Below are positions 12,078 to 25,156 of a stretch of DNA of 64,000 nt, piece after piece. This DNA comes from Kudoa neothunni (taxonomy: Eukaryota > Animalia > Cnidaria): positions 14,023,318-14,087,317 of the forward strand of contig OZ199838.1 in the NCBI GenBank assembly GCA_964304625.1. Reading direction: 5' to 3'. Positions within the stretch are counted from its first letter, which is position 1; each line of letters opens with the position of its first letter. Below the pieces are notes generated by a model. It was not told the origin of the DNA and did not search any database. It worked only from the letters and a program-made list of their open reading frames with translations. The translations under genes were made by a program, and so were the position numbers.

Positions 12078-13680
12078 CTAAGTGTATAGTTTTATCATTT
12101 CATCGCTGATAGCAGATGTAGTGTATACCCCCACATCAGAGAAATGCAATGAGATTAGAGTTGGAGGGGTGTAATCCCATTTGGGGTCTCCGGGTTCGGT
12201 AGAGTCGGTGTAGTGAGAGCGATTTTTCAAATCGTTTTGTAAGATGGGAAACACACGTAATAGTTTAAACGACTCGGAGGCAACATAAAGGGGAATATTG
12301 AGTTGTTTAGCCATCAAGGCTATTGGATAGCTTCCAAGCTATAACGTAAATAATTAAAGGATGACAACTTTACCAGCGGAAATACTTTGTTTATAGCTCC
12401 ACCAGATTCGGCGATGGCATGTGCGCCCATAAGAACAAAGTCTACTCTCTCCATTACAAACCTACAATCGAATTACATAGTTCTAGGTTATGCTTTTAAA
12501 CTTAGAATATTGTAATATAATAAAAAATCCATAAATAAACGGTTACTGTATGAAATAATTGTGAAAATCTAATTTTAATTAACCAATTAAAATTAGGTAG
12601 TTGTCAAGGTAGAGTTTTTGTTGTAGAGAAATAATTTTTTTAACCAATAGAACTATAATTTTTATAGTAGACCACAAAATCGAAATATAAAATGTGATCT
12701 AGAAATAGGAGGTCTATGAGGATAAAATATAACCGTTTAATATATATGTTCAAACGCAATTTGTGATTAAATTTGTCCGAACTAAAGCATCAATCTAGGA
12801 TAAAATACCCAACACCAGCATCGGCCACAACCGTGGACCGAATACCAATTTTGTTGAGATTTTCATACATTTGCAACCTACAATAAAACAAGAGATAAGA
12901 GAGGTAACAATACAAGCGCGTAGAAATTGACCACTTACCCACTACCATCAATTGAGCATTTGCTGATGTAGACGTCGAAATTGACTTTATCTTCAGCTGC
13001 AGCTTTTAGAATTTCAAAAACAACCCTTGAGCATGAGTGAGTGAGAATAACCTATATAAAATGAATGTGTCTAGGGCAGGCACATGAAATATGCAATGAA
13101 GTACAGAGCCGTCTCTAATAAAACTTTTAGCAGATTTGGCAATAACATATTTAGCATTTAGTGCATTTTCAAGGAATTGGTTTCCTTATTGTTGAAAAAA
13201 TGAGATTTTTTACACAAAGAGAGCGACTACCTCGATGCAAAAAAGTGTTTTTAATATTATCAAAATCCTAGAAGAAATAGAACAGATATATCAAACCATA
13301 AAAAAAACAATACGTGATGATCAAAATCTTTCAGAGAAATATATCGCATAAAAAGCTCACACGCCGAACTGATAGCAGGTACATCATGAGACTCGCTTAG
13401 AAAATCTTTTATAGAGCTCAGCTCCAAATGAAGTTGAGCTAGAGTTGATCCTGTGTATTTATAATTATAAAATGAATAATAAGATTGATAAGAGACGCAA
13501 TAACCTGTGGATTTTTGAAGATAAAACAGCATTATTTGTACAGCGCATAGTGCATTAGAAAGTTTAGGATTTTTAGCAGTGTAATCACGGTATTCCTTCA
13601 ATATAACTGAGGGAATTAGGAAAATTAATCGCGGAAACAAATGTACCCTGTAATTGGTCGTCAGTAAAAGGGGGTTTCAT
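12078..13680 (-). CDS. EIF2B1: Translation initiation factor eIF2B subunit alpha, 9 exons
   Basis: All exons join in frame via GT-AG: SSACELFMRYISL, FIRDGSVILTHSCSRVV, DAGVGFVMERVDFVLMGAHAIAESGGAINKLG, ASESFKLLRVFP, DYTPPTLISLHFSDVGVYTTSAISDEMIKLY. Confidence 0.93.
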
Positions 13681-14006
13681 TGATGTCATAACACGCACGC
13701 GCAAGGATGACTATGCATAGCTTAGTCGGTGGGATTTTGAACAGTTTTTCTCCGATAACACGTGTTGATTCGTGCTCGGCATTTGCCTAAAATTTTGATA
13801 CTCATAGCTGACTTGATCGAATTTTTACGCCCCGATATAAACGATTAAATACCTCAAACTGTTTTTAAATTTTTATCAAAATTTAGTAATACTCAATGTG
13901 TTTTATTCTTCGCGATTATTATAAATAAAATTTAAGAAACTTATCAAAGATAAGAATAATTTATATTAATTGTTGTTATCAAATGTAATGTGATTTTATT
14001 CCTTAA

Positions 14007-14934
14007 CCCTCAAAGAAAAATAGATAGATTTCTACCCCAAGTGAATTTTGTCAACAATACTATAATGTATAAACAGAGCATAACTCCTCTCCATTTTTTG
14101 TAATCTTTTATCTTTATGAAAACTTTCAGAAACATGAACTGATATTTTTTTTTACCATATATCAAAAAAGTTAATGTAAAAATACCTTCCAAACAAAATT
14201 GGGGTAGAAATCTACCCTACATTTTTCTTTCGTGAAATTATTCAAAATATTGATAAATGTTATTTCTAAAAATTTCCGAAAATTCTTTCGAGCAAATAAT
14301 GAATAAATAACGAAACACCATACATGCGACCCATGCGCGTGCGCAAAATTGATATAAGCATATCATCCTCTCCTGAATACAGCGATAGCTCCTTATTCTC
14401 TCATTATTCTTATACTGGTTATTCAAAATATGATGACTCTTCCTCAGTTTGCTTAGTTTCGTATTGCAGAGATCATTAAAAAACATATGATATAATTATT
14501 CAACAGTTTGACAATTTTTGTATTTTCGAAAGAGTCTACAAACATATATGATAACTTTTTTGTAAAATAAGAATTGTTTGTCATCATTTTGTGTTTTTCT
14601 GAGCAGTATTACACTGCGTTGTTTAGAATGGGATAAATTAATTGGCAGCTGTTACAAAATTTGAACTAAATACTAAAACTACGAAACACACAAATACACC
14701 TATAAATACAATCATATTCCATAGAAATGTAACAACATTAATATGTGCGCGTGCGTACATAGAATCTAACTTTAATAATTGGTTATTTATTCAAAATTTA
14801 CACAATGAATTTTCATCATTTTTTGTCAGTTAATGCTGAATTTGATTTGAGACAATTGTATAAAATAAAAACGTGTCGTGGATTTCTATCCCAGTTTTAT
14901 TTGGAGGAGGTAAATTTTTCAGCTACTTAGAGGG
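14007..14934. mobile_element. Non-autonomous piggyBac-type element
   Basis: TTAA|CCCTC...GAGGG|TTAA, with internal repeats GATTTCTACCCCA and TGGGGTAGAAATC. No transposase ORF. Confidence 0.75.
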
Positions 14935-16338
14935 TTAATAACTTTAATATCATTGTTGTGGTCAAAAACAACTTTTAAAAAGTTTGCACTTCATTCAATA
15001 ATTAGACGAAAGTTCCCTAAAATTTTCTCCTCTCTATATTAACTTAAAAAGAGGGAAGTCATTGGGCTCCCTCTTTTTGAAAATGTTAATTATGTTAACG
15101 AAAACGCCCCATTATTATGAATTTTGTCCGATTAATTAATTAAAATTTATAATTTTAATTATCAAAAAAAATATTTAAGGTCACGCTTTTTGATTCATTT
15201 TATTTTCCGTAACTCCTCTCAAAAAGGAAATTATAGCACGAATTTGTTCTAGGGCGGTAAAATATTTCTACCTTAATTACACGAAAAAGAAAAAAGGCAG
15301 TACACGTTTATCTTGACGAGAGAGCGGATGACAAAATTAATACAACTGATAATCAATTAAATGATCTTCCCTTGTATTTATAGGCGATAATAAGTTTGAA
15401 TAAAAATCTTTATTAGATAAAATTAAACATAAATCTTAACTTAAAAATTAAATGAATATTTACTAATGAAATTAAAATATTATATTCAGATGAGAACACC
15501 GCGCACGCGTACAATGTCGCATGTAGTTTTTTGTTTTATTCTTAAATTAACAAATTAAATGAGGAAAATAAATAGGTGACTCAATCTTGAATTTTATTTT
15601 TTACTTTATATAATTTTGAAGTTAAAATTAATTCTAATTATCACTTTTTCCTTTGTTTACTTAAAAAAATAATATAATCGGTGTAAATTCAACTCATTTC
15701 AAAACATTGTACGGGTTGTATATCAACTCTATCAAAAAATTCAGATTTAATAATTGTATAGCTACATTATTCTAAATTACAGTTTTTTAATTTGTATATA
15801 TTAATACATTGAAGTTTAAAAATGAAAATTAACTTTCGGTGGAATTCATCAATGACAATTGATCACCAAACTTAATATAGCTTCGATTGAGCGCGAATTG
15901 TACATGATATTTTCGAGAAAGATTCTGAGTACATAGAATCAATACTTTACGTATGAAGAATTATCGGCCGTAAAATTTTGTTGTTGACTCAAGATATGAG
16001 TTTCGTACCCCCGTAACTATCTTCCCAAATCGGGAAGCGATGCCATTTGGTATCATTTGATTGATCATCTGATTTCTCCTTCACGGTCATATAAATTGAA
16101 TAGTTTATGTATAAATATTAGCCAATAGTGCCTTTTAATATTAAAATCTTTTTATTATTGTATGGATTTTACATATTGAAAAATAGAAAGTGAATCAAGT
16201 AATTTGTAATGACTAATCAAGGATTATCGTATAGATATAAACAAAGTTAATTTATGCATTTACTAAAATAAAAATATTTATTTGTAATATGATAATTTGA
16301 TAATAATATTTTAATAATTGTATTAAATTATAAATATA

Positions 16339-17460
16339 CAGTCAGTGGCTGGCTTTATATAACCCCCCCCCCTGGACCAGACAACAGTACGTGAAATTGG
16401 TCACTCCCGGTTTTACATTTACATGCGCGCGCATCACGGGAATATAATTTAATTATTTTTTAAATAGCATAATTAAAATATGTAAATTTTGGTAAACCGT
16501 TTAATATTTTTTAAATGAAAGCATAGTCGTCAACTGGATTTGTGTAATCCTTCAGAATCGCGGAAAATGTGCGTGAAATTGGTAACGTCTAGTTTCACGT
16601 ACTTATTAGCGCGCATATAATAATATACATAGCTATTTAATATAATTGAATTGTATATATTTAAGAAACAAATAATTTTTTCACTTAGAAACAAAATAGT
16701 TATTTTGGTTCCAAATATTTTGAAATATAGTTTTCATGATCGATCTATCTTAGTTGTCAAACTTGGATAATTTTTGAAATTCATTGTAATGAATTCGCAA
16801 ATGAAAACAATAATCGGGTTGTGTTCAATCATTTAAACAAATTTATTTTCGTTTGTTAAGGTGCCATAGGGGTTGGATATGTAGGTAATGTCTGGTTCTT
16901 TATAGTAACAAATTTGGCAGCTTTTGGGGAGATATTGTGGATGTATTTTAATATTTCATGTTTTGATTTTTTCTATTTCATTTAATCAATCGAATATTAA
17001 ACAAAATTTATCTATTTTTTCAAAAACGTTCTGAAAAAGTGCCTAAACCATGTAGTCACGTGATCAACAATCTTGAAATTTCTCAAACTTATTATATTAT
17101 TTAAATCCAAATTATTTAATAAAAACATTAAAAAAGTATTATATATTGATTGTACATTTGATTATTCAAATTGTGTTGACTTGTAAAAAGTGCGTAAAAC
17201 CGGTCACTGACTGTATTATATATGTCGTATGTGAGAACGAAAATAACCAATGGTGTCAAATGGCATAATTCAGAGCCGTAAGATATTACATTAAGGTTTC
17301 TGACCTCTGATTTACATAAACCAAAAATTGGGGCACACAAAACGAGACATTGTTCAATGATGTAGTGGAACAACACCTATATTCTTTTCATGGAGTACAC
17401 AAGCTCGAGTCCCACCTACGTCGCATTTCAAATCATGAATTTTTGTAAATGCTTCCAAAA
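16339..17460 (-). mobile_element. pogo-family transposon remnant(s)
   Basis: TA|CAGT end with CGTGAAATTGG subterminal repeats shared with the 43051-44049 element. LFHYIIEQC..IFGLCKSEVRNL resembles a pogo/CENP-B HTH segment. Boundaries approximate. Confidence 0.4.
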
Positions 17461-17523
17461 AATATAGATAGATTTATAGTTTTGATGGTTTAACTATGTT
17501 TTTCCGTAAAATTCTATTATTAA

Positions 17524-18842
17524 CTTGCGGGAACTGCCCAGCGTTGCTTGGGGAAGATTTCGCATAGATACGTTTCTTAACAATATTCGAAAAATATATT
17601 TAAGCCTAAAATTAACTCATAGATGCAAAATAACTAAAAGTTTTTAAGCAGTATACTTTAAAGATTTGGATTATGAAGTTTAAATTATGTTTTGGCGTTC
17701 ATTTAAAATTTCGTGGTTCGGCACCAACGCTAAACAAGTTAAGGTCAGCATCGTATTTTTTTCATTCCCGAATTATTTAAATCCCGTTAAAGTGTTATCT
17801 AAAACGTTATTTTTTGTCCCAGAGGATTTTTAAAAGTCGAATTCCGGCCCCGCTCGATAACTGTGTGTACCACTAACTTTTTAAGAGATAAAAAAATGGA
17901 GAAAGTAATAGAGATAGAAGAGAACGTATAAAAATTAATTGATATTGCTAAAATTAATATCCTTTGGTCCGCACAAACTTTAATGCACTTTTTCTAGCAA
18001 ATAATTTAAATAATCGGATGAAGTAACCATACAACCATCTACACTGAATTGAATCACTGAAAGTTCAACACAACGGGCGATTTCCATGATATCTACGGAC
18101 ACGGTACTTGCGTTATAGTGCTTCAATCTATCTGATTATAACACGCATAACCGACTAAATAATAATGCAAATATTGACATTTTTTCGTATCTAAATCCAC
18201 TAATAGAGCCTTCAAAATGTGTTTATCAAGTCAATTACATTAAACTCCCGATATACGGAATTTATTGGAGCAAACAATAAAATAAACGCACAAATCTTAT
18301 ACGTAAGGACAGATGACATCGTTCAATTAACATATGATAGAGTATATAAAGGAGATAGTTAACTTCAACCGACCATCACCATGACATAAGCAAGCGCTAA
18401 TCCTATAGTTTAACTCATGTAATCCGATAAACAACTTTAAATCGACAAAATCACTATTTCATAAATAACTTTTGGAAATTTTAGTAGTCCGAAAACAATT
18501 AAACGATTTTTTTTAATATCACAAATTTATAAAAATTATGTATATGGCTCTCTATAAGGAAAAAATTGTCCGCACACGCGTACTTAGGGCATACACCAGC
18601 GCATCCCAACCAAAATTGGACTCGCACCCCCATTTTTTGACAAAACGAAATTCGCACCCCTTTGCATACGATAAGGTGTAACTGACTTAAAATTTATCAA
18701 AAATTATTTTCAATTTTAATCGGATCTCGCACCACCTGAGACCAAAGTTCGCACCTCCTAAGGTGCGGGCACCCCCAGTTGAGAATCCCTGGCATACACA
18801 CACACAAACATACCGACAGTCCTCCTTTATATATATAAAGGA
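17524..18842 (-). mobile_element. Non-autonomous, deleted Helitron
   Basis: Minus strand starts A|TCCTTTATATATATAAAG with a GT microsatellite and ends with hairpin CCCAAGCAACGCTGGG then ..GCAAG|T. Internal Rep-like remnants LDKHILKALLVDLD and HYNASTV..EIA. Confidence 0.65.
18597..18791. mobile_element. hAT (Charlie/Buster-type) MITE
   Basis: Imperfect TIRs CAGCGCATCCCAAC and GTTGAGAATCCCTG, exact 8-bp TSD GCATACAC with central TA, internal TCGCACC repeats. Confidence 0.9.
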
Positions 18843-19794
18843 TAATTACCTAGAAATTATATAATTATGGAAACTAATATCTACATAATCTGCAATATTT
18901 TTGAAAATAGTTGTTATCAATCTTCCCTCACATTTTCTTTTTTCTATATGACAAAATTATTTCTGTTAATTATTATAATCATTCGCATAAGCAATCATTA
19001 TAATGAATTTTTGATTTTTTTGGAGTAAGAAAAATTTGAAACTGAATTTTTACAATAATAACCACGTATTTCGCGCCAGAATTGGGCACACATTTGGGGG
19101 TCTTCGCCTTCACCTCCGGCGAATTCTAATCACATTTTCTTAATGGCCCAGTGTGGATAATTCGATGATAAAAACATTCGCTAATCAATGCATTTATCTG
19201 TATGAGCTTTTTGGTAAGAATTAAAGCTGCTATCTTATTAAATAAAATGGAAATTTAAAATGATGAGTAGACAGGAAAAGTTTGTTAATTTGTTGAATCA
19301 ACATGTTTTCTTATATTCCTAAGTATACTTATGAATGTTACGTGTTATATTTGGTATCAATATGCTGATTTTGTAATAAATGGGTAATTGAAAAAGATTA
19401 AAAATATTATTGTTTATAATTATGTGTAAAATTTATGAGCATAATTTGATGATATAAAATAAGAGCTCTGATTCAATTTAAATAATTAAAATTAGAAAAG
19501 TCGTAGGATGATGAGAGAAAAGCTTTTATCAAAATGTTTTTCCATAACCAGCTGGAATTAAAATACCATTGATAGGTATTAAATAATTTAAATCCTATTC
19601 ATTTTAGCCAGGAAAAATAGCCAAATAGATAATATTATTCATAAATCAAGCTGGTAACGTTGTGTATTTTAGTGCCATAATAGACCTTAAATTTATGAAA
19701 ATGCAACCTCCTCTCAGATATGGCACCTCATTACTATAATCTGAACTTAACAAAAACAACAGGTTTGTCCCACACATATAAATACGTGGTTACG

Positions 19795-20925
19795 ATGGTA
19801 TATACGACAAGAAAAAAATTATTGTTTCTTCTAGTCATACTTAACATAGCTATTGTGACATTTATGCAAATCCGGATGATACAAATGAGTTACAGAAATG
19901 AATCGCCATCCGTCAGAAATCAGAAAAAGCCTCGTTATTTTGAGACGAAAAATATATACTCTAGATGTATGGAAATGATCGCGAAGCAAGACTCCAAAAA
20001 CCCGAATCAAAAGTCAGTAAATGACCCGGAAGTGATAATATTGGTTAATTCAAAAGTTGATGACTATGAATCAAGATGTGGGATCCGTGCAACGTGGTCG
20101 CATTATTCAGCAAAACAACTGCAACACATTATGTCTTATGTGGTTTACTTTCAGGTGGGATACAAAAATGACCACTTATTAACTCGAGCTCGCCACGAAC
20201 ATCAACTTTATCAAGATCTTATTATATACAATAATATCCCTGAAGTATACACCAACCTAAGGAAAAAACTTTTGGCTTCTTTAGAACATATCAACGGGTT
20301 GGATAATATCTCGTTAAAATACATCGTAAAAACGGACGATGATACTTACGTAGACATACAAAGATATTTGATACATTTGAAAGCCACACTAGATATCAAC
20401 GTGGACTACGAGGGATTGTTGTATGTTTGTAATTGGTTTATTTTCTACTAAATCTATTATTACATTTTTATATTAAGGTTTGAACGTATGCCGGTTGTGC
20501 GCGATATCAGACATAAAAACTATGAACCATCACACACTATTGTAAAAGACTTTTTCCCGCCATATTGCACAGGTTATGGATATTTCATTAAGGCAACAAA
20601 GTTAAATTGTCTTGTGAAAGCTTCCAAAACTCATGAAAACCTAAAAAATAGTGACACCAATGTTGGTTATTTGCTGCGATTTTGTAACGCAATCTTAAAA
20701 AAAAACAGCAACTATAGCGTCGAATCATACTCAAGCTCAAGTTTGGTAGAAGCTGTCGACGTGCTGCAAAAAGGTTATCCTTTCTATTTTCTTCATGGTT
20801 TGATAAAATATGACCAAGTTATCTTCGACTCAATATTTCATAATGAAAAAAGTATCTCATTTTTTATCATTAACTTTTGTTTGATTTAATTTATAAATAT
20901 TGTCCCAAATCTAGGTCCCCATTAA
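19795..20925 (+). CDS. GT31 beta-1,3-galactosyl/GlcNAc-transferase (type II membrane)
   Basis: N-terminal TM LLFLLVILNIAIVTF, R..IRATW, YTNL..K, KTDDDTYV (DxD), FPPYCTGYGY. Introns 20421-20478 and probably 20852-20914. Alternative start at 19720. Confidence 0.9.
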
Positions 20926-21693
20926 CCAATAATCTAATCTCTCAACAATAATACATGAAGTGTTGTTTGTTAATTTTGTTTTTGCAATCAGAGCCGCGCA
21001 TTAATTTGGAAAATTCGAATTGATAAAAAGTTTATTGCAACTCAATGAGCTAATCTTACTTATACAATAAAAAATGTGGTGCTTCCTGTGTTTCTTGACA
21101 TCGACTGTCTTCCAATGGTAGCTTGAAAATCTTTTTTCACAGATGTATCTATAGGTCAGGTTGTACATAGTATAATAATAATAATAATTTAAATTAATAT
21201 AATTTAGGATAATGGAAATTAATTTCTTTTCTTATAATATAATAGTCAGTTCTGCTAGCTTATCCATTAAGTTAAAAATTGTTGGGTTGTTTTCGACCCA
21301 ATCAACATCGCTTAATATTTTTACGCCTTTATAATTTTTCAACAATATTAATGTAAAATGTATAGTTATAGAATAATTTTATTATTCATATACCAAGTAA
21401 TTTTTGCACAAGAGGCCGGTGGAGTCTAAAAGAGAAAAAAATATTTTTGTTCTTGCATAAATTTCTATATCGACTTAATATATGTTTAAGCGGAATTATT
21501 ATTTTTTAAAATACTATAGAAACTAAGGATTTTAAAATTTATAGATACATTAATTTCCTGTTTATTTAAAAATCATCTTTGGGATGTTAGACAATATGAA
21601 GTTTTTTTGCTTATTTTAAAAATGATCCATATTATAAAATATGATTTTTTTAATTCTATAATCATAAATATATCAATGCATCTTCTGAATTAA

Positions 21694-21760
21694 CCCTCTA
21701 ACGTTCATAAAAACGACTTACCTCCAACGATAATGTTGGGTCGAATCGACCCCACATTTT
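21694..21760. mobile_element. Orphan piggyBac terminus
   Basis: TTAA|CCCTCTAA followed by GGGTCGAATCGACCCCA, similar to the end at 14934. No partner end found. Confidence 0.5.
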
Positions 21761-22166
21761 TAGTTTACTTTTCTTTATTAAAAAATATTTTTTTTCTGTT
21801 TATAAAATATGTAAGATAGCTATCGAGGAAGTTTTGAATACATTCAAGTTTATTAACCCATTAATCTTCGATAATCCGTTAATGTACGGATTCAGACAAC
21901 TTCGCTACATATCGTTAATATTACATACTGAGGAAACGGCGGCTACATTGTGAAATGAGATTCATCTATACAAACTAATTTAATGATGATAGTTATTACA
22001 GTTTTGGCGAAATTTCACTGAAATTAAAATAAACATAAAAGGTAGCTTTATGTCTTGGTGCACTTCAAAAAATAATGCATTCGAACGTTCAATCGTAACA
22101 TAACACTACCTACGTAATGTATTATTTCCCATGGTTTATTTTTTTTCAATTTTGAAACACATAATG

Positions 22167-25156
22167 CAGTGGTTCCCAACCTTTTCGACTCGCGGGCCCC
22201 CTATTAGCCAAGCTAAACGAATACGGGCCCTTAAGCATTCCATTTCATATAATTTTTTTCTAATAATATGTTTGTTAAAAAATATGGTTTTATGTGCTAA
22301 ATTTTCATATACATTCACAAGTTTTAGCTTTATTTAACAAATAATTTTCAATAAAAGCGAGTTTTAATTAAAATGTTCCCGAGATAACTATCTTAAAACA
22401 AAATGTTTATTTCGATAAGCATTAAAAATGTAATAGTGATTTTAGAAATAAGAAACCTACAAGTACGTCTTGATTAATACTGAAGCGGCTTTTTATAACT
22501 TCGTCGAAATCCAATTACAATAATAATAAAAAAGAAACCAATGAAAAAATAATGTTTTTTCTTGAAGTGTAATGTATGCTACTAAAAAAAATAGAATAAT
22601 GTTTAAAAATTTATAATATACAAAACTGGTATTCATTTTTAAAGAACTCCGCGATATCATCACCTTTATGACTAAAATGGATGAGTGATGTATTAATATT
22701 ATAAAATAAAACTTAAAATTAGTGAGACTTTTGATTTTTCTTAATTTCTACGAGGAATTGATTTTGAAACAGAAACTCGTATATCATGTTCTGGATTTAG
22801 TCTATTGCGGAATTTGTGTTTGATATGAACCAGTGTGGAAAATCCAGCTTCGCACAAGTATGTTGTTGTGAATGGTATTATTTTTTTAAGGCCTTTTCTG
22901 TGAGTTTTGGGTAAAGTTTTCTAATGGAGTACCAAAATTCTCCAACAATTTTTAGTTTAAATTCATGATGCAAGATTTCCATTGATTGCAGATCAATCAG
23001 TTCTTTCGAAGGATCGTTGTCGGCCATGATGCTGATGCCATACATAATTGGATTTCGAATCCATGAATCAAGATGAAGATTTTTGGTGGTTGGGAAATAA
23101 CATTCAAGTAAGGATATCAATACTGTGAGTTAGTTTGAAATTTTTTCGGACAATATTGTTAGCAATTTAATGGCATCAGTTTGTGGCAAATCTTCAAGTT
23201 GTGAAAAGTTCACGTAATTTTCGGATAAGATCCTATTCTTCCAGAGCGTTAGTTTTGCAATGAAAGAGCGCATTTTTCAGAAGCGTCAATTAAATAACCG
23301 TTTTTCCTGGAGTGACAAATTTAAGTTATGGATGTGCTCAAAGATATCCGATAAATATGCCATTCCATACATGAATATTTTATCGTCAAAATATTTATAA
23401 AGATCATTATTTCTTTCTCTAAGAAATATGGAAACCTCATATTGGAGAATAAATAATCGTTTGAGGAATTGACCTTTAGATAACTAACGAACTTCGATAT
23501 GGTAGAGTAGCGCAATATAATCTTTGTTCATTTCTTGATAAAGAATTTTAAAAAGTCAATGGTTATATGTCTTGGATTTAATTTCATTCACCACCTTCAT
23601 TACAATGTCAGGAAAATCCTTTAATGTCGATGGGAGAGTTTTCGAAGCTAGCGCATATCTATGAAGGAAATAATGTGTTACCAAAGGGTCTGGTATTTTT
23701 TTAACAAGTGCACTAGAACCGGACTTTTTCCCAAGTAACGAAGGTTCCCACCTGTGCATATGCTACATAATTTCTTAGTCCACTCAAAGTTTTGTTTCTT
23801 AAAAAAATCATCCAACAATTCAAAAATATCTGAAGCTATCACTCCTTTTAGCAATTATTAACAAAATGAAAACTCATCTTTGAGTTTATCCTCGTGAACA
23901 TAGCGGACAAAAACTATAAGTTGGCAACACTGAGATACATCGTGCATTCATCAAGTTGTAAAGTACACGTAAACGGAGTGCTCTATAATTCTGTGATCAT
24001 TTGATTCAAAATGTTTTGAGACATATCAACCATTCTATCTTTAATTGTTTTATTTGATCGAGGGTTGGCTTCAATTAGTTTCCTTTGTTCTTTCCGCAGA
24101 TTAACTCCACTATTTCCAGCGTACACGGTTTTATCAATGTTTCGGCAATTGTGTGATCTTTGTTTTGTCTTGCTATGTTGTAAGCAATTTTATATGATGC
24201 TCCGAGACATGGCTTTGTTGACTTTACAAATCCAAGCGTATCTAAAGATTCTGACTTTTCCAAATATTCTTTTTTTGTGAAGGTCCTCGATTGAACAACC
24301 AATGGGAGCTGGATGGAATGAGTTGAAACGTTCCTTTAGTTTTGACGGCTTTAGATTTGTATTTGATAAAATTTTCCCACATATGAAATATTGTGGTTTA
24401 TGTGTGTCATCTTTTTCGGTAATATACGTAAAACTAAATGAAATAGATTCTTCGTTATATTGTGGTTTCTTTGGATAATTCATTTTTGTCATCTAAAATA
24501 AAAATTATAATGTTAAATAAATTAACTTCTTTTAAAAAGGTATATAAGGATGTTAAACTGACACGTCGTTTGTAATAGATTTTCGAGGTTTATTTGTCAA
24601 TATTTTAACGTAAACCCATTTTTGATTCATTCTTTCTCTTCAAAGTAAAAAAGAAATGTTGTAAAAACTTTAGTTAATTCCATAATTTCTATGTTTTAAT
24701 AGAGCGAAACAAAATTATTAATAAATTTATGACAAGTGCAAAAAATCGTATTCTAAAACAATCGGAAAAAATTATAAAATATTATGGATATTAGAACGAA
24801 TCACTAAAAATTTTTAATGACAAGAAGTTTTTTTTCATCTTCAAGCAAAGTCCGTAAACAAATCTCGCACACAACAAACAACACGCCGTTTGTAACTAAC
24901 AGCACTAAAACAATAAATTTGTTTCGTTTTTTAAATTAGCGTAGGTAGAAATTAAAAAATATATCATAAAAAATAAACACAACATGTATTGAACTTAAAT
25001 AATTTTGAAAATTGTGTGTGTATAATTGTATATTGAAGGGAATTTTTTTGTGGTCGGCTTTTATTATAATTAGGAATTTACGATACAACGACTTCTGGGT
25101 GTAAAATTTTGGGAAGGCATAAGCCCTTCCCACGGACCCCGGGCTGAGAACCATTG
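22167..25156 (-). mobile_element. Decayed hAT/Buster (Charlie, ZBED5-like) transposon
   Basis: TIRs CAGTGGTTCCCAAC and GCTGAGAACCATTG. Minus-strand fragments: BED finger (KPQ..ICGKILSNTNLKPSKLKE), ASYKIAYNIARQNKDHTIAETLIKP, H..LHRYALASK, FWYSIRKLYPKLTEKAL..PFTTTYLCEAGFS. Many stops and frameshifts. Confidence 0.92.
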
